From positions 168,144 through 232,143 of the forward strand of contig JAJPHT010000029.1 in the NCBI GenBank assembly GCA_021325135.1: DNA of 64,000 nucleotides, in the 5' to 3' direction. The position numbers and the translations under genes were made by a program. Shown one piece after another: positions 57,797 through 64,000 of the stretch (position 1 is its first letter; every line of letters begins with the position of its first letter). The notes beneath the pieces are model-generated. The model had not been told where the DNA came from, made no database searches, and saw nothing but the letters and a program-made list of their open reading frames with translations. The stretch is from Pseudomonadota bacterium. Its GTDB lineage: Archaea; Thermoplasmatota; SW-10-69-26; JACQPN01; JAJPHT01.

Positions 57797-60478
57797 GTGA
57801 CCCTTCCGCCCAACGTCTCCAGGGCCGACCTTGAGCGCCTCTACGCCGCGCTCTTCCCCGCGGGCGGCGAGATCGACGAGCTGGCGCGCTACTCGCGCAA
57901 CTCCGGCTTCGTCGAGAAGGTCGTCGTAGGCGCCTCCGCCGCGCAGGGGCGCGTGCGCGGGCGCCGCCGCGACACGGGCTTCAACGTCCGCATCCACTAC
58001 TCGGGCACCTACACGTGCAAGTGCCCCCGCGCGCGCAAGCAGCCCTGCGAGCACGTGGGCGCGCTGCTCCTCCACGTCATCGCGCAGCTGGGCGAAGCGG
58101 CGGCCACGGGCCGCGCCATGACCGTCCTCGCGGCGGACAAGACCAAGGAGCCCGCCCCCGAGGTCTTCCAGTTCCTGCTGGACCTCTTCCCGGGGATCGG
58201 CCCCAAGCGCGCCAAGGAGGTCGCCCGCGTCTTCCGCACCGTGCCCGACCTCCTGCAGGCCACGCCGCGGCAGCTTCGCAACCTCCCCGAGATCGGCGTG
58301 TGGGCCGCCACCGTGCTCCACGAGCACCTGCAAAGCCACCAGCAGATCGGCCTCTCCGGCGCGCCCAAGAAGCCCGTGGGCGCCGAGGAAGACGAGCCGC
58401 GCGTCCACGTCGCCCCCGACACCGAGTGGATCACCGAGGGACCGCGCGTCCACGAGGTGGACACCAGCGGCGACATCCGCAACCGCCTCACCGGCTCCCT
58501 CATCCTCGTCCAGGGCACGCGCACGGGCAGCGTCTTCTTCCGCCCCGAGAACCCCAAGGATCCCCTCATGCGCCGCGCGCTGCGGCACATCCGCCACACG
58601 GACCCCGGCGCGTACCGCACCTCGCTGAAGCACCACATCTGGACCACCGACCAGGAGCGGTTCCCCCGCGTCATCGGCCGGCTGGAGGCCATGGGCGCGC
58701 GCCGCGAGCACGTGAAGCTCGTCGACCTCCCGCTGGACGGCCTCACGCTCTTCTTCGACGCCGCGGGCCGCCGCGCGCGCTTCCAGTTCGCCAGCGAGGC
58801 CCTGGAGGAAGGCTTCCCCCGCGCGCTGGAGATGCTCAAGGGCGCCGAGGGCTACAGCTACGACGAGGCCAGCGGCCAGCACCTCGTCCTCCCCAAGGCG
58901 TTCCCCATGCTCAAGTCGGAGCTCTCCGACCTGGGCGCCCTCCTCATCCGCAAGCGCCTCCGCCCCGTCCGCGAGATCGCGGAGTGGAAGGAGGAGGAGC
59001 CCGAGGACTTCGCCGAGGGCACGCCGCGCCTGCGCCCCTACCCCGAGATGGGCCCGTTCATGAACGAGCCGCTCCCCGCCTCGCTGAAGGCCCACGTGCA
59101 GCTGAGGCCCTACCAGCGCGCGGGCGTCGCGTTCATCCGCGCCACCGACTACCTCACCTACCTGGGCGACCCCCCCGGGCTGGGCAAGACGATCCAGGCC
59201 ATCACCGCCGCGCTCTACCTCCCCGGCCGCATCCTCGTCATCGCCCCCGCGGGCGCGCGCGACGTGTGGAAGCGCGAGATCGAGTCCATGACCACGGAGT
59301 CGGTCTTCGTCTTCCGCCCCACCAGCAAGAAGGTCCCCAGCAACGAGAAGTTCGTCGTCGCCAGCTACGACGCCCTGCTCTCCAGGCAGGACCAGCTTCT
59401 CGCGGTGAAGCCCGACCTCGTCATCCTCGACGAGGCGCACTACGTGAAGAACAAGGAGGCCGAGCGCACCAAGGCCGTGCACGACTGCCTCATCAGCATC
59501 CCGCGGCGCCTCCTCCTCTCGGGCACGCCGGCCATGAACCGCGTGGACGAGGTGCGCAAGCAGCTGGAGTTCATCCACCCCGGCGAGTGGGGCAACGAGC
59601 ACTGGTTCCGCCGCCGCTTCGTCGCTCCCCTGGAGCAGGGCACGCCCGAGGTCAAGATGCAGGTGCTCTCGCGCCTGCGCGAGTACTTCCAGGGCATCAT
59701 GCTGCGCCGCGTGAAGATGGACGTGCTCAAGGACCTCCCCCCCAAGCACGTCATCGTCAACCAGGTGAAGCTCCCGCCCCTCTGGCGCCAGGAGTACAAC
59801 GAAGAGGCCCAGAAGCTGCGCGATCACATCCAGAGCCACCGCGAGACGGCCTTCGGCGACGACTACGGCACGACGCGCGGCCACGTCATGACGCTGCGGC
59901 AGCTTGCGAGCAACGGCAAGGGCGAGGAAGCGGAGAAGTACGTCCGCAACATCCTCAAGGTGCCCGGCGAGAAGATCGTCGTCTTCGCCTACTACCTCCA
60001 GCACCTGGAGACGCTGGAGAAGTCGCTGGCCGAGTTCAACCCCGTCACGGTGCACGGCGGCGTCAACGACAAGGCGCGCGACCAGGCCGTGCAGTCGTTC
60101 ATGCACGACCCCAACTGCCGCGTCTTCCTGGGCCAGATCACGGCCGCAGGCACGGCGCTGACGCTCACCTCGGCGCGGCACGCCATCTTCATCGACCTGG
60201 ACTGGAACCCGGCCAACCACGAGCAGGCCGGCGACCGCATCCACCGCATCGGCCAGACGCGGGAGGTCTTCCTCCACTACCTCGTGGCGGGGAGCACCAT
60301 CGACGAGGAGATCGTGAAGATGCTCCAGGAGAAGTCCACCACCACGGCGGCGCTCCTGGACGCGGACGAGCAGAGCGCGGGCCTCCTTCAGCAGCGCCGC
60401 GAGAGCCGCAACATCGCCCGGCTCGCCCTCAAGGTCGCGCTGGGCGAGGCGCTTCCGGAGCCCGCGCCGCGGACGTGA
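57797..60478 (+). CDS. SWIM zinc finger + (HhH)2 + SNF2 helicase
   Basis: CKC..PCEH; PGIGPKRA and LPEIG; GLGKT, DEAH, LSGTP, DWNP...QAGDRIHRIGQ. Confidence 0.9.
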   Translation: MTLPPNVSRADLERLYAALFPAGGEIDELARYSRNSGFVEKVVVGASAAQGRVRGRRRDTGFNVRIHYSGTYTCKCPRARKQPCEHVGALLLHVIAQLGEAAATGRAMTVLAADKTKEPAPEVFQFLLDLFPGIGPKRAKEVARVFRTVPDLLQATPRQLRNLPEIGVWAATVLHEHLQSHQQIGLSGAPKKPVGAEEDEPRVHVAPDTEWITEGPRVHEVDTSGDIRNRLTGSLILVQGTRTGSVFFRPENPKDPLMRRALRHIRHTDPGAYRTSLKHHIWTTDQERFPRVIGRLEAMGARREHVKLVDLPLDGLTLFFDAAGRRARFQFASEALEEGFPRALEMLKGAEGYSYDEASGQHLVLPKAFPMLKSELSDLGALLIRKRLRPVREIAEWKEEEPEDFAEGTPRLRPYPEMGPFMNEPLPASLKAHVQLRPYQRAGVAFIRATDYLTYLGDPPGLGKTIQAITAALYLPGRILVIAPAGARDVWKREIESMTTESVFVFRPTSKKVPSNEKFVVASYDALLSRQDQLLAVKPDLVILDEAHYVKNKEAERTKAVHDCLISIPRRLLLSGTPAMNRVDEVRKQLEFIHPGEWGNEHWFRRRFVAPLEQGTPEVKMQVLSRLREYFQGIMLRRVKMDVLKDLPPKHVIVNQVKLPPLWRQEYNEEAQKLRDHIQSHRETAFGDDYGTTRGHVMTLRQLASNGKGEEAEKYVRNILKVPGEKIVVFAYYLQHLETLEKSLAEFNPVTVHGGVNDKARDQAVQSFMHDPNCRVFLGQITAAGTALTLTSARHAIFIDLDWNPANHEQAGDRIHRIGQTREVFLHYLVAGSTIDEEIVKMLQEKSTTTAALLDADEQSAGLLQQRRESRNIARLALKVALGEALPEPAPRT

Positions 60479-60585
60479 GGAGGCGGCGTCCGGCAAGCCC
60501 GGATGATAGCGGAGACGGCGCGCAACCTTCATGCATCTCCGGAGAGTGCCCGCGGCAGGAACCCCCAAGCGGGGAGGCCACGAAC

Positions 60586-61548
60586 ATGCAGAGAATCGCC
60601 ATCGTCCTCGGTCTTGCGCTCCTCGCGAGCGCGCTTGCCGGCTGCGCGAGCAACAACACGACCACCACGCCCACGACGAGCACGCCGGCCTCGTCGACGC
60701 CCGCCACGTCGACCCCGTCGGGCACGACGCCCACGACGCCGACGCCCGGCGCGACGCCCGTCAAGGACGTCTACTACAACGCCACGCAGTCCGGCCAGGG
60801 CGCCAACAGCACCTACGCCTTCACGGGCCCCAGCGACGTCAACCCCGGCTGGGTCACGTTCCACCTCACCAACATCGGCCAGGAGCCCCATCAGCTGGTG
60901 GTCGTCCGCCTCGCCGACGGCGAGACGTTCGACGAGCACATGGCCATGATGATGAACGGCTCCAACGCCACCATGGACAACGGCACCATGATGAACGCCA
61001 CCGAGTACAAGGACACCTACGTCGGCGGCATCGGCAACGTGCTCCCCGGCTCGACGGCCAACGCGACGGTCCACCTCGCGGCCGGCACGTACGTCATCGA
61101 GTGCGAGATCCCCGGCCCCGCGGGCCCCCACTTCATGCACGGCATGCTCCGCCAGCTCAACGTCACCGGCACGGACAACGGCGCGGCCGAGCCCACCGGC
61201 GACCTCACGCTGTCGCTGTTCAACTACGGCTTCGCGTGGAGCACGCCCCCCACGGCGGGCCACCACGTGATCAAGATCGTGAACAACGGCACCATGGACC
61301 ACGAGGCCCCCATGGAGCGCCTGGTGGGCAACAAGACCATGCAGGACTTCCTGGCGTGGGCGCAGAACCCCCAGGGCCCGCCCCCCGTGGACCAGGCCCT
61401 TGGCGCCGGCGGCATCTCGCCCGGCCAGGTGGAGTACGTGGACGTCGACTTCGAGGCGGGCCACTCCTACGGCGCGGCGTGCTTCTTCCTCGACGCCAAC
61501 GGCGTGCCCCACTTCGTGCACGGCATGGTCACGCAGTGGACCGTCTGA
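60586..61548 (+). CDS. Lipoprotein with two cupredoxin-like domains
   Basis: LAGC lipobox; Thr/Pro linker; two H...C-x-H-x-M sets (CEIPGPAGPHFMHGM and CFFLDANGVPHFVHGM). Confidence 0.85.
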   Translation: MQRIAIVLGLALLASALAGCASNNTTTTPTTSTPASSTPATSTPSGTTPTTPTPGATPVKDVYYNATQSGQGANSTYAFTGPSDVNPGWVTFHLTNIGQEPHQLVVVRLADGETFDEHMAMMMNGSNATMDNGTMMNATEYKDTYVGGIGNVLPGSTANATVHLAAGTYVIECEIPGPAGPHFMHGMLRQLNVTGTDNGAAEPTGDLTLSLFNYGFAWSTPPTAGHHVIKIVNNGTMDHEAPMERLVGNKTMQDFLAWAQNPQGPPPVDQALGAGGISPGQVEYVDVDFEAGHSYGAACFFLDANGVPHFVHGMVTQWTV

Positions 61549-61610
61549 GGACGCGCGCCCTCTTCTTTTTGATATCGCCTTGATTGCCTCAGCCTGGGGC
61601 CCGTCTCGGC

Positions 61611-62342
61611 TCAGAAGCCTGCGGCGCGCAGCAGGGCGGGGACCTCGGCCTCGACGGCGCCGCGCACGAGGGCGTCCGCGTGCGCGTCGTAGCGGGTGGG
61701 CGTCGCGTTGGCGATGACCAGCCGCGCGCCGCGCTCCAGGGCGAGGCCGGGCAGCAGCGCGACGGGTGTCACCTCCAGGCTGGAGCCCACCACCAGGAGG
61801 AGGTCGGCGTCGCGCGCCCACCGCTGGGCCTGCGCCCACGCGCCCGCGGGGAGCGGCTCGCCGAAGAGGACGCTGCCGGGCTTCAGCGGGCCGCCGCACT
61901 GGGGGCACGGAGGCGGCAGCGTCGCGCCCACCACCTCGTAGGGGAAGAAGCGGTCGCACGCGAGGCAGCGCACCTTGGCGGCGGTGCCGTGGATCTCCAC
62001 GAGGCGCTCCTCCTGGTGCCCCGCGCGCAGGAAGAGGCCGTCGATGTTCTGCGTGACGTGGCCCAGGAAGCGCGGCGACGCCGACGCGGAGGCCAGGGCC
62101 TCGTGCGCGGCGTTGGGCTTCGCGTGGGCGAGGTCCAGCTCCTCCATGAGCCGCATGCGCAGGCGCCAGAACCCCTCGGGGTCGGCGCGCCACCGCTCCA
62201 CGTGGAACTCGCGGGGGTCGAAGCGCGACCAGACGCCGGAAGCGCCGCGGAAGTCGGGGATGCCGCTGGCCGTGGAGGCGCCCGCGCCGCTGAGCACCAG
62301 CAGGCGGCGGCTCTCCTGCAGCGCGCGCACGGCCGCGTCCAC
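61611..62342 (-). CDS. cobB: NAD-dependent deacylase (Sir2/CobB)
   Basis: GAGASTASGIPDFR, TQNIDGL, HG, CxxC pairs, FGE, GSSL.V.P. Confidence 0.92.
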   Translation of the reverse strand: MDAAVRALQESRRLLVLSGAGASTASGIPDFRGASGVWSRFDPREFHVERWRADPEGFWRLRMRLMEELDLAHAKPNAAHEALASASASPRFLGHVTQNIDGLFLRAGHQEERLVEIHGTAAKVRCLACDRFFPYEVVGATLPPPCPQCGGPLKPGSVLFGEPLPAGAWAQAQRWARDADLLLVVGSSLEVTPVALLPGLALERGARLVIANATPTRYDAHADALVRGAVEAEVPALLRAAGF

Positions 62343-62367
62343 GCGGGGTGATGGCCGGCGGCGGGCT

Positions 62368-63012
62368 TCAGCCGTTGCCCTTGCCGGGGCGGCGGTCGCG
62401 TCGGCTCTGGATGCCCGCGCGGATGCCCTCGTCCAGGAGGGCCCACACCTCGGGGCGCGAGCGGCGCGTCGCGTCCAGCAGGTCCAGCGCGTCGTCGGGC
62501 GGGGCCGCGCGGGCGAGGCGCAGCGTGTCCTCGGGCGCCGAGTAGGGGCGCGGCCGTCGCAGCGCGAACGGGCTCCCCTCGTCCGCCGCCAGGAGGCCGC
62601 GCCGCGCGAGCCCCTCCTCCACCTTGCCCACGACGGCCTCGAAGGGCTTGTCCGCGTCCTTGGCGAGGTACGCGCGCACGACGCTCTCCACGTCGGGCGT
62701 GGCCACCTTCGCCGCCGCCTCGCGCACCTTCGCCTCGGGGCTCCCCGCGGGGAAGACGCTGCCCTGCGCGGGGCGCAGGAAGAGCGCGTCCTTCCGCTCG
62801 CCCGGCTCCAGCCGCAGCGCGCCCGCGCGCTCGTCGGCCAGGATCGCGGCCGCCAAGAGCGTCACGGCGAGGTCGGTCGCGCGCACCTTCTCGTCGGAGG
62901 CCGCCACCTCCACCGCGTCGGGCGTCACCGCGTCGCGGGCGAAGTCGGGCGCGTGGAAGTAGACCGTCTCGCTGGGCGTGAGCGGCGGCTTGGCGGGCGG
63001 CTTCGGGGCCAT
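62368..63012 (-). CDS. Hypothetical protein
   Basis: ATG 63012, co-oriented between TetR and the sirtuin. Confidence 0.6.
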   Translation of the reverse strand: MAPKPPAKPPLTPSETVYFHAPDFARDAVTPDAVEVAASDEKVRATDLAVTLLAAAILADERAGALRLEPGERKDALFLRPAQGSVFPAGSPEAKVREAAAKVATPDVESVVRAYLAKDADKPFEAVVGKVEEGLARRGLLAADEGSPFALRRPRPYSAPEDTLRLARAAPPDDALDLLDATRRSRPEVWALLDEGIRAGIQSRRDRRPGKGNG

Positions 63013-63038
63013 CCCGCTCGCAACGCCCCGCAGGGGCA

Positions 63039-63617
63039 TCACGGCGCAGGCTGACGGGCGACCAGGGCGACGACCTCCTCGGCGAGCCGGTCCGCCTCGG
63101 CGTCGAAGTCCACGGCGCGGCCCGCCGCGTGGAGCGCCGTGAGGCCGTGCCAGCGCGCGAGGATCGCCGTCGCGAGCGCCGCGGAATCGAGGCCGCCGCG
63201 CGTGGCGCCCGTCGCCGCGCCCTCGCGCGCCGTCTGCTCCACGAAGTCCGCCACGAGCGCGTCGCGCAGCGCCGCGCGGGGGCGCCCCTGCGCGTCCTCC
63301 GAGAGCCAGAAGAGCATGACGCGACGCGCCTCCACCGGCTCGGGCTGCGCGGGGGCTGATAGCAGCGTCCGCGCAAGCGCGCCCAGCCGCTCGCGGGGGT
63401 TGGGGTAGTCCGCCGCGAGCCGCGCGAGCCCCTCCTGCGTCTCGTCGAGGACGCGCGCGGCCATGGCGTCGCGCAGCCCCTCGCGGTCGCCGAAGTGGTG
63501 GAACACCAGCGCCTTGCTGACCCCCGCGCGCCGCGCGAGGGCCGAGGCGGGCAGGTCGGGCCCCTCCTCCACCAGCGTCTCGAAGGCCGCGTCCAGCAGC
63601 GCCTCGCGCCCCTGCAT
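63039..63617 (-). CDS. TetR family transcriptional regulator
   Basis: REALLDAA...LARRAGVSKALVFHHF; TTTATAA box about 25 nt upstream. Confidence 0.9.
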   Translation of the reverse strand: MQGREALLDAAFETLVEEGPDLPASALARRAGVSKALVFHHFGDREGLRDAMAARVLDETQEGLARLAADYPNPRERLGALARTLLSAPAQPEPVEARRVMLFWLSEDAQGRPRAALRDALVADFVEQTAREGAATGATRGGLDSAALATAILARWHGLTALHAAGRAVDFDAEADRLAEEVVALVARQPAP

Positions 63618-63731
63618 GGCTGACCTTGAGGTCAGCCCACCTTATAAAGAAAAGGCCTCGTGGGTCCTTTTTCTTGGGTCCAGCCACCCCAACGTCTTTA
63701 TAGTGCAGCGGGCTTGGCGCGGCCGGTCAAC

Positions 63732-64000
63732 ATGGCGAAGGGACTGTTCGCGGCCCGGAAGCTCACTTCCGACCGCCAGGCGTTCCGCTGGAGCGACCGC
63801 TACTACAAGCGGCGCACCCTGCGGCTGAAGGAGAAGGCCGACCCCCTTGAGGGCGTGCCCCAGGCGCGCGGCATCGTGATCGAGAAGGTGGGCATCGAGG
63901 CCAAGCAGCCCAACTCGGCCATCCGCAAGTGCGTCAAGATCCAGCTCATCAAGAACGGCCGCCAGGTCACCGCGTTCGCGGTGGGCGACGGCGCGATCAA
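63732..64000 (+). CDS. rps12: 30S ribosomal protein uS12, archaeal type (3' truncated; absent from the ORF track)
   Basis: [11 protein letters not shown]...RWSD...[26 protein letters not shown]; TTTATA at 63697. Confidence 0.96.
   Translation, partial: MAKGLFAARKLTSDRQAFRWSDRYYKRRTLRLKEKADPLEGVPQARGIVIEKVGIEAKQPNSAIRKCVKIQLIKNGRQVTAFAVGDGAI

Noticed and set aside
60655-60760. Repetitive ACG/CCC-rich stretch as a DNA repeat element
   Set aside because: It encodes the Thr/Pro/Ser linker of the lipoprotein

Overview
High-GC archaeal chromosomal window. Archaeal markers are uS12, Rpo11, Csl4, Nmd3, METTL5, archaeal UppS and TATA-box promoters. An exosome gene together with bacterial-type uvrB, dnaJ and purK, and non-acidic proteins, suggest Thermoplasmatota (inference). 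Most of it is housekeeping genes, one tRNA-Gly(CCC) and large secreted or surface proteins. Two accessory loci stand out. (1) 39.9-44.0 kb: a translationally coupled four-gene operon (divergent dCTP deaminase, HIT hydrolase, phosphorothioation-associated-type methyltransferase, PPDK/ATP-grasp-like protein) transcribed divergently from a CARF-like/wHTH regulator; this is a candidate nucleotide-modification or defence system. (2) 24.1-26.5 kb: two convergent paralogous short serine recombinases plus a double-AbrB regulator whose promoter carries four CTAGT motifs at exact 12-bp spacing. The window also holds several small repeats: a dispersed REP/MITE-like family, tandem-periodic palindromes between convergent genes, GATAGC clusters, and an in-frame palindrome inside lhr. 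There is also an unannotated 33-aa zinc-finger microprotein. All family assignments come from motif recognition by eye, not from database searches.
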